Position numbers and translations under genes: made by a program | Part shown: positions 23,801 through 38,800 of the stretch, piece after piece | Layout of the letters: every line of letters starts with the position of its first letter | Position numbering within the stretch: the stretch's first letter is position 1 | Origin: Laetmonice hystrix | Taxonomy: Eukaryota | DNA: 64,000 nucleotides | Direction of reading: 5' to 3' | Assembly (NCBI GenBank): GCA_965235115.1 | Contig: OZ249452.1 | Span: 13,144,001-13,208,000 of the forward strand | Notes under the pieces: generated by a model | Databases searched by the model: none | What the model was told of the DNA's origin: nothing | Seen by the model: the letters and a program-made list of their open reading frames with translations, nothing else

Positions 23801-26800
23801 GCTAGTTTTTAGTTCTATAATGTTCCATATTAGGTCTTACAATCATATAGTTTCACTTGATCAGCTGAACAAAAGCCTCTCGCTCGGTAGCTAATCTTGA
23901 AATCTGGGATATTTTTTCATGTAAAACCACAACCGACACTTTCAGCCAGCTTACTGCGTACACATTTCAGAAAAGTTTCATCATGCGTTATTTTTTTCTA
24001 TTTAACCCTGCAGGATACTAACTTAATTATTTACACCATGAAACTTATTCAACAGATGGCATGAATGAGGTACATACATGACCTATAGAGTATTTACATA
24101 ATGATAGATAACTGAGATATGCATATTCCAGAGATCATACTGTGATTTTTCCCCACTCATGTGAGCCAATGCCCAGTTCCTAAAACTTAAGATCTTGCTT
24201 AAGCTTAACGTTTCTGATTGGCTGGTCTGCTTAGATCAGCCAATCAGAAGCGTTAAGTTTAAACTTAAGCAAGATCTTAAGTTTTTAGGAACTGGACCCA
24301 GGTGTTTAAATAGAGTGATCAGCGACAGGGTTTCTGTTATATCAAGCAGAAATAACCCCACGGTTAAGTTAAGTCATCGTAGCAGACGAAAACGATGCCC
24401 TCAGTAGGAGGGTCCGCAGCCAATATTAACTCGAGTCAGGGCGTACGATATCGGGTCAGACCTATGCCAAACCCGACCAATGTAAACCAGATAAAAAGGA
24501 ACTCCAAGCCCATTATAGTCCCCATTTTCTCCATTTTAGAAATCGCACTCTAGCCTAACATGGCAGAGTTTCTTGTGGTAGGCCTAACGCACGGAATTCT
24601 CGATCTTGTTCGAATTGAAACCTATCTTTTCATCGAATGTCCCTCCATTGTTAAAGATATTCAGGGGCAGGAAGTACGATCAACAGAGATTTAAAGGTAA
24701 CTGATCGGAAAATCGTTAGATAAACTGCAAAAGAAAAATGCAAAAAAATATGAGGGTTATTTATTATTTACGACATAGCTGGCGTGACGTACTAGTTATT
24801 CCATTCAATATGGGTGTAGTTAACAAACTTCACATCTAATGTTGGCCCAAAGTCACTTTATACAAGTAATTCGAAGGACGCTATTTATATACAAATATTT
24901 TTTGTTTTTTTTTAAAGGGGTGGGGTAAAAACCGCATGCATGAGTCTATGTCGGGACCGGATGCACAAAGGGTTGTCTAGATCTACAAAGGGGTGCACAA
25001 ATGCATGTATCGATCCAAGGCGTGAAAAACCCCAATCCCAATATTCCGATTGGGGAGCCACCTACTGGCAAACCTACAAACTAAACGACCGGATATAACA
25101 GACTCCAAAACGGTAAAATTTACAAGAATGTTTTGACGTCCATGCAAAGTATAAACATGCTTAAAATTGATCCCAGTTTTATGTATGTAGGCCTACGGAT
25201 ACGAGTTTATCCACGTGCGGACAACAAAATCTCCCTTTCAAACATCCGACTTCAAAATGCATTGATTACGAGTTCCCGGATGTCACGCTCACGTGACGGG
25301 ACCGCCCACCAACGGGAGGCCTCAAGACGAATGAGGCACGGCGTGACGTTAGGTGGTCGCCATGGTGACCGTTTCTTACCCCCACATTCCGGACAGGATA
25401 GCGGGTGGTCATATTACGGGAGTTGTAGCCATCAGTTACCATTATGGTTAGGTAGGAACTGAACAACTCGAATCTTACCCGGATTCGGACTCCCAGGGTC
25501 CGAGTTTCAAACATTTCATCCCCAAGTTTGATGAGCTGGTCAAGAAACTGGGACACACACAAAGTTAGGAAGCTCTGGTCAGTAGGGTGGGATTGGTTTA
25601 ATTTGTTTGATAGCTTCAGCAATACATTAGACACTACACAGTACACTGGATATATTCACATATATCCACTCACTGACCGTGATCTGTAACCTGAGATAGA
25701 AGAATAAAGTATTGAAATCTGTTTTACGTCTTCAAATCTTGTTTTCCGTTCCAGTTCCGGCCAGTGAGTGTAGACCTATCTACTACCACTTGTTAATGAT
25801 CTATTTTAGTTTCAACACACTCTGACTATGAAGCACATGGGATACAAAACATTAAGCTTCGGATGACAAACGACAACATACAAAGAGTAAGGCGAGTTCT
25901 ACGTCTAAAAATATTTCCAATAAATGCCCCCTGACCTTTTTGCGTTCTGCCTTTTCGCGTGTGTCGTACATGCGTTCGTTGAGTTTGGTGAGGTTGTCTC
26001 TCAGTTGGCGGGCGTCACCTTCCCGACACCTGGCCAACATATCCTCCCCGTTCAGTAGTAACGCCTGAACTGCTCCCTCCCGTCTCTCCATCTGACCAAA
26101 GTCGTTCTGTCAACAAATATAATCATTAGGAATCTTTATCTAAACATCCAGCTAGTTCTGTCTCATCTACAAGGTACACTATTCAAGTAGTAGGACACAG
26201 TTACTCTGTCAAAGCCCACCAGGACAAAATCTCACATTTCTTTATCTTCAATACAATTAAAATCGATTATCCAAAGCTTTGCTCACCATGAACTTTTCGT
26301 ACTGTTTCTGAGCGGTATCTGGTAGGGCACCCATGGGTCCCGATGCCCTCAGCTGGTTCTTGAAGTCATTACACCATCTGATCAGATCCTCCACGTCTCC
26401 CATGAACGCCTTCACCTCCTTGAGAACGTCCTGGAGCTGGTTCTGGCGGTCCCTGGCTGAGATCTGAACGTTACGGTATAGATCGTTCATCTCATCTTTC
26501 TTATCAATCAGAGCCACCGCCTTGCCACCTGACCGTTCTGCCATGTTGTCAACGGCTTTGTTCAGTTTCTTCATGGTCGGTTCCTGGTTCTTCAAGTCCT
26601 TTTGTAGCAACTGTGGAAACATCAACGGAAACAACGGTAAGACTAAAGCCAGGAATCCATGTGTACGTAGTGTTGGCGTGATGCGCAATGCGTTCTGCGT
26701 ATTCATCAAAATCAATGTTTTCATTGTTTTGATTACGCACTACGCAATAAGGACACAATCATGGATTCCTAGCTTTATCCTTACAATAACCTGAAGTTGA

Positions 26801-29800
26801 TATTGTTCATCAATAGAGATATTTACTGATAATTAACATATGCAAATTTTATTATTATTTTTTTACCTGGAGTTTTTTAAGGTGAGTCTCGATGAGTTTC
26901 GGGTCACCATAAATATCATCCATTTCCTGTAGATCACTCTCTGTCTGTTGTAACAACCCAATGATATCATCCATTGCGTGGTCAACCTCTCCTAGCTTCA
27001 CCAAGGCATCCTTCAATTGTAGCTGAAAATACAAATAAATAACCATATTTACTGAAACCAAACAAATGCTAAGAAACATATCAACTGGCGTTTAATTTTG
27101 TTATAGAAACCTGATCTACATCATTGACTGCCTACCTCGCGGTCGTTGGTGTTGCCTAGCAACTTGTTCCAGCGTTGGTTGATTTCATTCACCTGTGGCG
27201 TTAGACTTTCCGCCGTCACAGGTGAGGCTGACTTGAGTTCACTGGTACATTGGTTCAATGCCTGGATGTCCATAAAGTGGGGCTTCACTTGGAGACTGAA
27301 GACCTAAAATAGACACGGCGTTCTGGTAATTAAATCAGCGCGTCATACAGATTCTATTACATATTTCACTGCTTTCAATAGTTGTCATTCTGAAATAAAA
27401 TTAATTGTAGTAAGAAGAAAAGGACACAGCTTGACGACATGTTTCTTTCACGTCACGCATTGCCATAACATTTGACTTGGAGCCCCTCCCCCGACGGTGT
27501 ATTAGAAACGACACACATTAGAAAAAACACATGAAACACTATTTGAACACACTGTGAACACAACTTAAGTCCTTAAGTCTACCGCAAACGAGTAACTTTC
27601 TACAATGTATTTATAATAGATTACAAATTCAGAGGACCTAGAGATGGCCTATAAGTCATTCTAAAAGTTTAAAATTTTAGGGAATCAGAAATATGAACCT
27701 CCATATCACCATGGTGACAATAAAGACTCAGAAAGACGCTATACTACTTATAGAAGGGCGTATGGGGTACGTATGGATCGCCTGCTGCTCAATGTAGGCA
27801 TGACCTTGAACTGACCTTGAGTTCTTCAATCTGGATCCTGACTGACCTTGGGTCAGCGGCGATTGGATCCATGTGATCCAGTTTGTCCTCGGCTTTAGGT
27901 AGCCATGACATGATGGCCTGGATGAGTGTAAATATGGTCAGATAACAACACCACACGGCACTCGCTTAGAGACACAGCAATCCAAATCAATAAAACACTA
28001 TAGAGATTATAAAAAATGACTGCCTCAAAGTTCGCATTTTACACCTTTCTATAATCATTAAGGTTGTTTCTTATTGAATTCTTTTAATTTAGAAATTTTA
28101 ATTTTACTGAATTATTTGTCAATATTAACTTCTATTTTCCATAGTTGTACACCAACACATTAGTAGTCCTCAAATAAATGGATTCACTGCAGCCTAAAAC
28201 ATACAACGGTGCGTTTTTCTTCACACTGTGCAGCTTTCGTTTCAAAAACTTAAATGACAAATGTGAGGAATGTCCATTTCCTCCCGAGTGTCTGCTTACA
28301 TGTAAGGTGCGGTCGAACTTCTCCGACTTCTCCAGGGCAGACGTTAACTCATCATCGCGGTCTTTGATGCCGTCCTCAATCTCCTCCAGGGCCGTGTCGA
28401 GATCCTCCAGGTGTTTCTGTAGCTCCATCCTGCCTGGATTACCACACAGGTTCTCCAGTTGGTCAGCTGACCGCCGACACGCGTCAATCGGTCGCCGGGC
28501 TCGCTCAAGATCATCCTTGATCGCCTGATAAAAAAAAAATTATTTTTTTGTCTGATTTTATTTTTTATAGATAATATTTTAATAAATAGGAAATTCCATA
28601 AACTGTATGATATTACAAGTGAGGAAGAGAAAGGTTAGAAGATTCCGACCTTTAGTTCCTTCTCCTGCTCCTGTACGGTGGACGGATCGACTCCAGGCGA
28701 GTCCTGAGACAACAGGTTGTCCTGGATATCACGGAGTGCCCGGATGGCGTCCTGGTACTCCTGGGAGAACTGCTGTGCCGTACCCAGAGCGTCCTCCAGG
28801 CGTTGGGTACGCTCGACTGTACCTTGACGGATCCCTTGCTGGAGGGTCTCGATGTCCTGGAGTTTGGCTCGCACATCTTCAACTGGAGTGGAAGTAACGC
28901 ACAGTTTTAACCCCATACTCAAGGCCACTATCGGAGACAAAAAGGTCTCACTGTAAGAACTAATTTCTCATAAAAAAGACATAGAAGTAAAATAACATAT
29001 GACAAGCTTGAAATGCTTTTCATTGTCCCTCACACCCCTCATGAAAATGGCAAAAAACGAAATGTATATATAATGCACAAATTGCTACATTCAAAAATGC
29101 CTACGTCCTGAATATTTGAATGCAACATCTAATAATTTGAGAGGTAGACATTTTTTTGTGATATATTGACCTTTAGGATATATGTGTAGAAATGGAACAC
29201 CTGCACTGAACGTCCCTGATAATATACCATACGAATTCATGGACCCGTGACCAGTCTATCTGTACTACACAATGGTTTCACCGAAATTCTTCTGTACAGT
29301 GCGGTACAATGAGTTCATGACTCATGACAATGGACTGGGCTCCACGTGGAGCTGGCCAGCCGCACCGATGTCAGGTCTGTATACAGTAATATAGGGGACA
29401 AACCGCTGCTATGGACACACCAGCATTGGGGCCAGGTATCCACTATCCTACAGTGACCATCTTTCTGGTCATATTTGTAAAAGTCAGCGACAAAGTTCCT
29501 TCAAAAAGGAAGTTGATATCATAGCCTGTATGTTCAAGGGTTATAAATAAAACACTGTCATTGCGCGGATAAATTGAAAAAATAGTTCAAAATAGTAAAG
29601 TCAAAATAGTTGAGATTTTTAAGTATTGATCAGAACACTCACTTTCTTCGGCGTTGTCAGGGGTGACCTGAGACAAAGCCTCCTTGACAGCGTCCTTGGC
29701 GGCGACGATAGCGTTCGTCCGTCTCTCCAAGTCATCCACGACTGTCTGCATACATAAACACACATCAACGTACAAACTCACGTCGTAACATAACATCAAC

Positions 29801-32800
29801 ATCTCAAATGTCCATAGCAACGCTACACCACAAACTATTAGGGCTACATCACCAATGTCAATTGATGGATTTCCGATCCCTTTACGAGATAAAATGGTCA
29901 TGTTGCTATTAGCAACGTATGAAATAGCTGTGGACGATGCCACTAACAGTAAATTTGGATTGCCAGTGAACGCGAGGCAGTGCACGTGACGTTACGCTTG
30001 GCGGTTCTGTCAAAATGTCGTCTGCTGCGCTCCAATTGGCTGACTTCTAAACGCGGTAATTATGACTTCCTGTAGAAACACTCTGCCAGAATCACAATTA
30101 ACTGACCACAAATGTGCATCCGGATAAGTTCTACACCAGTACTCAGCTACGAGTCATACAGGACCCATGTTAGACACTCATACAACCTAGTATGACGTCA
30201 GCCCAGCTGACACAAGAGGAAGACCCTTGTCATCTCACAACTTCTTCTTTAGTCAGTTACAAAAACTACTCCCAAACGATACCTGACCCCACTCTGTCAA
30301 AGCTCGCTGCGGTTTGTGGATACAAATAAAGCACATCGGCTCCAGGTCGAGTCCTCACACAGAGTATGGGTCAAGTGACCTAGTGCTCACGGCCAAGCCT
30401 TCCGTTTTTTACTCATATCACAGGTCTTGTTTTTGCTCTACATCCCGTCTGATATAGCACGATTATGTATACAGTAATATAAAGTGTACTGCTGAGATTA
30501 CCAATGATATGTGATACATACTGATATATAAATCTAATTTTTCATGGATAATAGAATTGGCTAAAACCTCCTCTAAGAAACACAATTCTAATATTTCAAT
30601 TGCACACGCGTCTTTTTCATGTTACTGTCTGCCAAGTCTCTGTAGTCTTCCCCAATCCTTTACATGGATCCGAGCGATCGACTTACTTCCCTTAAGGTTC
30701 TACATCATTAACGTTTACTATTTCCAACACCTCCCCTGGAGCCTGTGTCCAGGTACACACGACAGACTGGCTGAGACATACACCTGTGTGTGAGTGCGAC
30801 TGTCTGATGTTTCACTTACCTTATTCTCTGCGATCTGTTCTTTGAGAGCGTCAGGGTTGGCGGCCACGGGGTCGGCATGTTCCACCTGGTCGTGGAGGTA
30901 GTGGAGTTCCTCCAGTAGGCCATCCACGGTGTCAGCCACCTGGGTATCACAACACATTGTGTCATCAAACTGGGACTGATGGCAATAACATCGTTCTATA
31001 CTGTGGGGATGACTCATAACGTGGGGAGAGCAAGAGACGCCACCGACACGGGGGCCCTCTGGTGTCGGGCCGGAGAACTAAGATTACGATAGTGATTCCT
31101 TCAGAGAGCTATAAACTTTTCTTTAAAAAAGTATTTGGAATACACTACGGAAAAGGGAGTTTTCCACCAAAATTACGAAATCACAAGTACACGGGGGGTT
31201 TCATAGTGATTGCGTACTCATATACAACCTTACCATTTCAATCCCTTGCAAGCTGTGAACCACACAACTTCCTATATTTCCTCCCGACTTCCTTCTTCCC
31301 TATTCCTTCCCTCCAATCTCCAATCCCTGTCTCCCTCTCCCACTTTCTCTCCCCCTCTCTCCCCATTCCTCCCTCTCCTTCTCTCTGACTTACATCGGTA
31401 GTGACGCTGCGCAGGGCGTCATCCAGCTGGGCCACCTTCTCCCGGACTGACCCTTTGACCTCGTCGTACTTGCCGTTGATGGTGTCGACGTCCTCCTTGA
31501 GGTCGGAGGCGTCCTCATCAGTGCACATCTCCATCAACTCGTGACCAGTGGCCGACAGGTCCTCCACCAACGGCTTGTGGTCGTCGATAATCCGCTGCGT
31601 CGTCTGAAACAGGTCAAAGGTCAGACTAGAGGTTAGAGGTCAGCTACCCTGGAGGAGCCAGGATTATGCCTTCCAGACGGGGGCTTTCGCAATACATCAG
31701 CTGGATTTTAGGAGGGGGGGGGGGGTTGTAGCCCCCATGGATCCATTTCTGGAACCTCACGGTTTGCTTGCTATTTGCAGGCACAGGATTAGAAAACTGG
31801 AGTACCCGTCGAAAACCAACAACCCACAGCAAGTGCTAACATCAGCTACTTAGGACGTCATATACAGAGAATATTGTTCGGATAAAGATCTCAAGCATGA
31901 AATAATTAATGCACAAACCCTGGCGTGTCAGTGATCTTGTATCTCCCACCCCCACGGCCGACCTACAATTTTCAGCTGGTTCCTGGCTATCCTTCCAACC
32001 ACTTACATAGGCAGTAATAAAACTTGGCCGCTATTAGTGGAGAAAGCGGCTGGGTGGAGACCATAATTTCCCCAGAGAAATTGGTAATGGGACAATAAAA
32101 CATCTAACTTATTTTATAGTAATAAAACATAGCCTTTCTGTTTTTTATTATAATGAAAACCCTGTCGGTGTTTGCGAGGGGATGAGCCTGTTTGGACAGA
32201 ATGCCCCGCGGACACCGGGCTATATACCGTCTGGACACCAATGCTATCCCCGCCAGATTTTAATTACTATACAAGCACTGATTGGAGAGAAAGGACCATA
32301 AACCGACCACACGTAATGCACCAGAGGCTGAGGTGGTGCCTCAGTATCATCCACTAATGCACCAAGCCAATATCTGCTGCCTGCTCCAGGCATCGCCGGC
32401 ATGATGGATTTACGATAATCCGACAGGCAACAGGCTAGCAGGGGATTACGGTCAGAGTACAGCACTACACTGGATTAACTGAACTTGACAATCCCTGGCA
32501 TCAACAGGCAATTAAATCATATCTAGGCCTGATGCGAACGAGACCAGGCACCACCAGTACCATGGTAAAACGACGATAGTACAAGGGCCCTGATAGGCCG
32601 CCAGGGTCGTCTTCAGTCGATGGATGTGACTGGATTTTATTCACTCGAGCAGAATTGTAGCAATCTTTCTTTGTAATCAAAAATAATTTACGAACTGGGG
32701 AGACCTTTTTGTATAGGCATCGTTACGTTGTATCGATTCAGGTGATGTATTTTTCATGGAGATTTTAATACACGTAGCACGCCGGTACAGTTAACGATGT

Positions 32801-35800
32801 TTAACCCCCCCCCCCCCAGGTCCTGACTCCAGCTGGGCCGACCACCGACTTTCCAATCAGACGTGGTTTTACTTTGAGTCTGGGTTGATGATGGCCGTCT
32901 GCTACAGACAGACGCTGGCGACATGGAACGCCAGGTTAGAGCATGGCAGACGGTAGATGGGGTACCAGACGTACGTCAATTTATCAACGAATCAGTGGCC
33001 CCCGTTCATGAAGTACAGGCGGCATTTTCTGTCTGGCCTGAGAGAGAGCGAGAGAGAGAGAGAGTGAGAGCGAGGGAGATAATAAACCCCTCCCTCCATG
33101 GTGGATTGTAACATCACGTAACCCAGAGGGGTTATACATGTACCTTACGTGAGACGCGGTGTAAATCTAACTCCAATTGTTACGTAACATTACCAGACTG
33201 GGGCGGAGACAACAAAGACTTAATCTGACGTTACGTCATTCCGAACACGTTCGACAGCGTCTCCCCTCGCCATCTGGCGGTCATGTTCCGAACTTCGCAT
33301 CCAGTATCACGTCATGTCGTGTGGCGTTCGTCGGGCAGCGTTTACAACGTCCCCGTATCGTACCCCCTCAGGGGTGCAGGTTTAACCCCACTTAACCCCT
33401 CCATTACAACCACCCTCCACCCAACCTTTGCCAGGGGGGTTGGTTCCGGACTGACAGACAACGGGGGTGATTGAATACTTTTTTCCACGGTCGGCCTCTC
33501 AATACAAACACAAGTCCTGCCTGTCCGGGTTTGTAGTCTGTGGCCTGATTAACTGTACTTTATACCTTCACCTTACAACGAGCGAGATACCCTAAAACCT
33601 GTTCGACGTTACAGACCATGTCGCTGGTTGCAGGCAATGTATTGATCACTCAAACATAATATTATACAATCCTTTAGTGCCTTAACCAGCTCTAGTTGTT
33701 AGACCCATCCCCTGGTGATCTAAAGGGTAAGTACTGGGTGGATATAATAATATCTATTGTTATACAATAATAGCTGCGAGTATTGACGTATAATCTATCA
33801 TCATACCCTCTAACATTGACTCCTAGCCGTAGTGTCAGTGCGGCGCTGGCTCTAAGCGAAGGTTGCCTGATGAAAACGACCATTCGACTCTACTACTCAC
33901 AATACCCACTCGGCGTAAAGGGCTCTCTTACACCTCAAACATGGCGGGCGACAGTTTAGTGGGATAAACGCACTCGATGACCTCCTCGCTGTGGTATTAT
34001 AGTCATTCCCATTATGATATATGGATAATCCTCATCACAACCCAATTCTTTATTACTTCGTGTAATTCGGGCAAATATCGATTAATTCCATAACGCTGAA
34101 TGCATGCGTGCCTGCATGCATGCGTGTCGTCATTTGTGAAAATGTTCTTTGTAATGCTGTGATCCTGCGAGATAAAGGTTCTCTACATCTTAGCTGCTAA
34201 ATGGTTACGTTCAGACTTCTTCTTGTTATCCCACCCTGTATAATGTGGGCCGACGTGCTAATCTCCATCACTGTATGTATAATTTAGACAGAAGTGCTAA
34301 TCTCCATCGATGTCTGTCTAATGTAGATAGACGTGATAATCTTCATCAATACCTGTATAAATGTAGACAGACCAACCCGTTTCCTTCAATACAGGTCCGT
34401 ATAATGTATACACACAAACGCCCACCTCCATTACTGTCTGTATATTGTAAAACCTAGCGAGACATACCCATCTCCACCATTGTATATTGTATAACCTAGA
34501 GAGACATATTTATCTCCATCACTCCCTGTCTAATGTAGACAGACATACCCATCTCCACCACTGTATATTGTATAACCTAGAGAGACATACTTATCTCCAT
34601 CACTCCCTGTCTAATGTAGACAGACATACCCATCTCCACCACTGTATATTGTATAACCTAGAGAGACATACTTATCTCCATCACTCCCTGTCTAATGTAG
34701 ACAGACCACCACTGTATATTGTACAACCTAGAGAGACATACTTATCTCCATCACTCCCTGTCTAATGTAGACAGACATACCCATCTCCACCACTGTATAT
34801 TGTATAACCTAGAGAGACATACTTATCTCCATCACTCCCTGTCTAATGTAGACAGACATACCCATCTCCACCATAACGTGTACATATTGGATGCAGAGTG
34901 CATGAGTGAATAACCCTTTCCCCCGGGAGGCATGCCCCCCTCCGGGTGCCCCCCCCCCCATCCCCCCTACACCAACAGACTCTTGTAATCACCGTCAGGC
35001 ATGCAGGCAGCCTCTTGCTGTAAGTTGTTTGCACAAATTATTGATTACAAACCATGTACTCAATGTCCCGCAAACAAAAAGTGCTCTTCAGCCATGAACT
35101 CGGCTACAGACGCGCCCTTTTCAGTTTTCATTTTACAACTCAGCAAAAATTGTGACGATCAATTTAATAGGATTGCAATAGATTCCTCAAACTAAAACAT
35201 AGATTCTAACCTGAATTAACCGTCCCTATTGTGTGTTCCTGCACTGACTACCGAATCTTACTGAGGTCTTTACAACAAGCATGTACTGGTACTGACACAG
35301 ATACTGCCAAGTCTAAGCTATTTAGAGATCACCGTCCGACTTCCAGTAATATAAGTCACATTATGCATGAAATGCTTGACTCACAAAACAACCAAATGAA
35401 GCCAAACTACGGCCGTATACAGTACGGCCCGCATGCCTCATATACACCCTATTCATCGCGACCCACCCACATCCCCCAAGGTAAAATCTTTACGGAATTT
35501 GTTGGCACGAACTAACAATATATCACTATTCCTAACGGAAAACCTAACCTAACTCTTGTCTCCAGATCACCGTAACAATCTTCTCCCAAACCTAATGTTC
35601 ATCCTCCTAACCTACCGCCAGTTTGATGGGGACGTTACAATGACGGAATTACAGGGCCCATATCGACACCACTTGTTCCAACAGTAAAGTGTGCTACAGT
35701 TACTCTAACCCTTGTCTTCAGATCTCTGTAACAATCTTCTCCCACACCTAATGTTCATCCTCCTAACCTACCGCCAGTTTGATGGGGCCATTACAATGAC

Positions 35801-38800
35801 GGAATTACAGGGCCCATATCGACACCACTTGTTCCAACAGTAAAGTGTGCTACAGTTACTCTAACTCTTGTCTCCAGATCTCTGTAACAATCTTCACCCA
35901 CACCTAATGTTCATCCTCCTAACCTACCGCCAGTTTGATGGGGCCGTTACAATGACGGAATTACAGGGCCCATATCGACACCACTTGTTCCACAGTAAAG
36001 TGTGCTGTTACCCTCCTCGCACTGACGCAGGTAAAGCCCCCCCCCCCCCATACACACAGCAGGTGTGGCCCCAACACGGCAGGTGGGGAGAGCACGTTAG
36101 AACAACTTCAGCAGCAGGGTGCATGCTGGAAAGTTGATTACATAATCGAAACCAGGTCGTGTGATTGGACATCGATGAGATGTACCCACGCCTCGGCTTG
36201 TAACGAGCATCTGGCGTGCTCACCAATATCAACACTCAAAAACACCGATGTGTACAAAAAAACATCCTGTAATATGACATTGACCTAAACCATGAGAAAA
36301 TTTCGGTGTGAAGAAGATGATATTTACAAGCAGAACCAGTGCAGGTAGTTTTCTATTACTGGCTTTGTTTAGATCGCCTTATCAACAATTTTGTCTAAAC
36401 CGCAATCTTTGAATGTGAAATCTCAGCTGAGAGTCGACTTTAATGTCACAGACACAAATAAAGACATCAGACGCTAGCTGCGCTGGCACTCAGACAACCT
36501 TCCTGGATCTCAAGCGGAGATTCAAGATTACTGGTACTATAAAAACGTTTCGGAACAATACGAATAATCGAGATTACGACAGACCTAGTTAAATCACGCC
36601 CAGAATCAAGGAAAATTTACAGAAGTAAATAAACTGAGTGGTCTGGGCAGAAGTTCTTTGGTCAGTGCCTGGACTGGATTCCCTGCCTTGGACTGGGGCT
36701 TTACGCCTTCGCAACGGCCAGGGTCATATAGGGATGTTCCATGCACTGGTTGGGACCCACCGGAGTACTCGGAATAAACACCGACACTGCAGCAAGTATG
36801 TTACAAACTTTGCACGAATGCAGTGCCTGGGTACTCACCTATACGTTTAGTATGCGCGAACTTACATTATTAGCCATTGATGAAGTTAGCAATCAATGAC
36901 TTAGTGCATTATTATCATTATTACACGTACTGAGAACAATGGGATGAGAAGGACGCGCCATGATTCCATTGGAAGTGTTCCACCCGTGGATGACATAGAC
37001 GTCGAGTTGGTTTATCACATAATTATTATCCCTTTCCTAACTCCGAGGGACAGCGCCATCTGGCGGGCGATTTCACAGTCTGTCCACAGGAAGCCATAAT
37101 TACTACAGTTTGTGTCATCATCATCGTCACTTCACTGCGGGCCCAAACTGTCAAATACTACGACATTCTCATCTGGGGAAACTTGATATTTAAACATCAG
37201 CACAGTCCACCACAGCTACTCCGATCTACGCACATTAGAGTAGGCTTCTCCCGTTCAGCTGGCATTGTCTCCATCCACGCCACATTATATGTGTGTTCTT
37301 TGTCTGTGTATATATCCACCCATAAATCTCCCGGTTTGGGCCACATATCGACGCATACATACATACGTGAGCAGGGACTCCTGGGCGCCACTCACTTCGT
37401 GACCACACTCGGTAACAGTACAAACCCCGGTGTTACTGTATATACCACAAGTAGGAAGAGTCCACACTCTGCGTCTCGGAGTCTCAGTAACAGTACAAAC
37501 CCCGGTGTTACTGTATATACCACAAGTAGGAAGAGTCCACACTCTGCGTCTCGGAGTCTCAGTAACAGTACAAACCCCGGTGTTACTGTATACCACAAGT
37601 AGGAATAGTCCACACCCTGCGTCTCGGAGTCTCAGTAACAGTACAAACCCCGGTGTTACTGTATACCACAAGTAGGAAGAGTCCACACCCTGCGTCTCGG
37701 AGTCTCAGTAACAGTACAAACCCCGGTGTTACTGTATATACCACAAGTAGGAAGAGTCCACACTCTGCGTCTCGGAGTCTCAGTAACAGTACAAACCCCG
37801 GTGTTACTGTATACCACAAGTAGGAAGAGTCCACACTCTGCGTCTCGGAGTCTCAGTAACAGTACAAACCCCGGTGTTACTGTATATACCACAAGTAGGA
37901 AGAGTCCACACTCTGCGTCTCGGAGTCTCAGTAACAGTACAAACCCCGGTGTTACTGTATACCACAAGTAGGAATAGTCCACACCCTGCGTCTCGGAGTC
38001 TCAGTAACAGTACAAACCCCGGTGTTACTGTATACCACAAGTAGGAAGAGTCCACACTCTGCGTCTCGGAGTCTCAGTAACAGTACAAACCCCGGTGTTA
38101 CTGTATACCACAAGTAGGAAGAGTCCACACCCTGCGTCTCGGAGTCTCAGTAACAGTACAAACCCCGGTGTTACTGTATACCACAAGTAGGAAGAGTCCT
38201 CACATTTTTCCCCTATCCTTCACGCGAACGCTGTAGTTATGGTTGCACGTTTCCATCACAATCACTATCACATCCCATCACGTTTACAGCACTCTGCTGA
38301 TATAATGTCCATGTCGCCATCTCTTCCTGCACAGTCTTGTTGACGTTAACACTAACACCTGTCCATAACAATAAACTCTCCAGCCAGCCGACACTCAGGT
38401 ACGCCCGAGTACAGGAGGGATGAAAGCAAGCATCTCGCAGTCTCAACACTAGACCACATCCACTGCCGTCACACCACTACAACTCCTTGTTCGGAATATC
38501 ACCCTCTCGCCGTGGGGAATCCATGACATCCAAACCTAAGCGCAGTACACTCAGTGCTGTGATCCATCGTTTGCTGCACAAGTATTTGTCTGTCTGTAGT
38601 GGAGACCTGCGTACGATCACACTGCCTCCTGAGTCGTTACCGCACGGTCTGGTCGGCTGGTACTGAGTTATGGACTTCTACTTCACTACTTCGTCGATAG
38701 GGGGCGCCCACGGGCAATTCCTCCTGCCGGTTGCCGCCGACTGCGGCGTGTTCAATGACGAGGACAGCCACGAACGATCATCGTTTTCAATATTTTGTTT

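Noticed and set aside
32880-33065. (CT)n-derived strong acceptor followed by GC-rich sequence in intron 5
   Set aside because: All three frames stop within about 20 codons; the tract is a GA microsatellite.
37411-38199. CRISPR-like look: ~10 regularly spaced units, each with a palindromic cagtaaca...tgttactg hairpin
   Set aside because: The spacers are identical rather than unique, there are no cas genes and the context is a eukaryotic intron; it is a minisatellite.
38240-38600. Minus-strand reading with WCDGSGCG...CFHPSC, reminiscent of a PHD finger (TE ORF1-like)
   Set aside because: Interrupted by a stop, the cysteine spacing is wrong and there are no supporting splice or TE termini; too weak to call.
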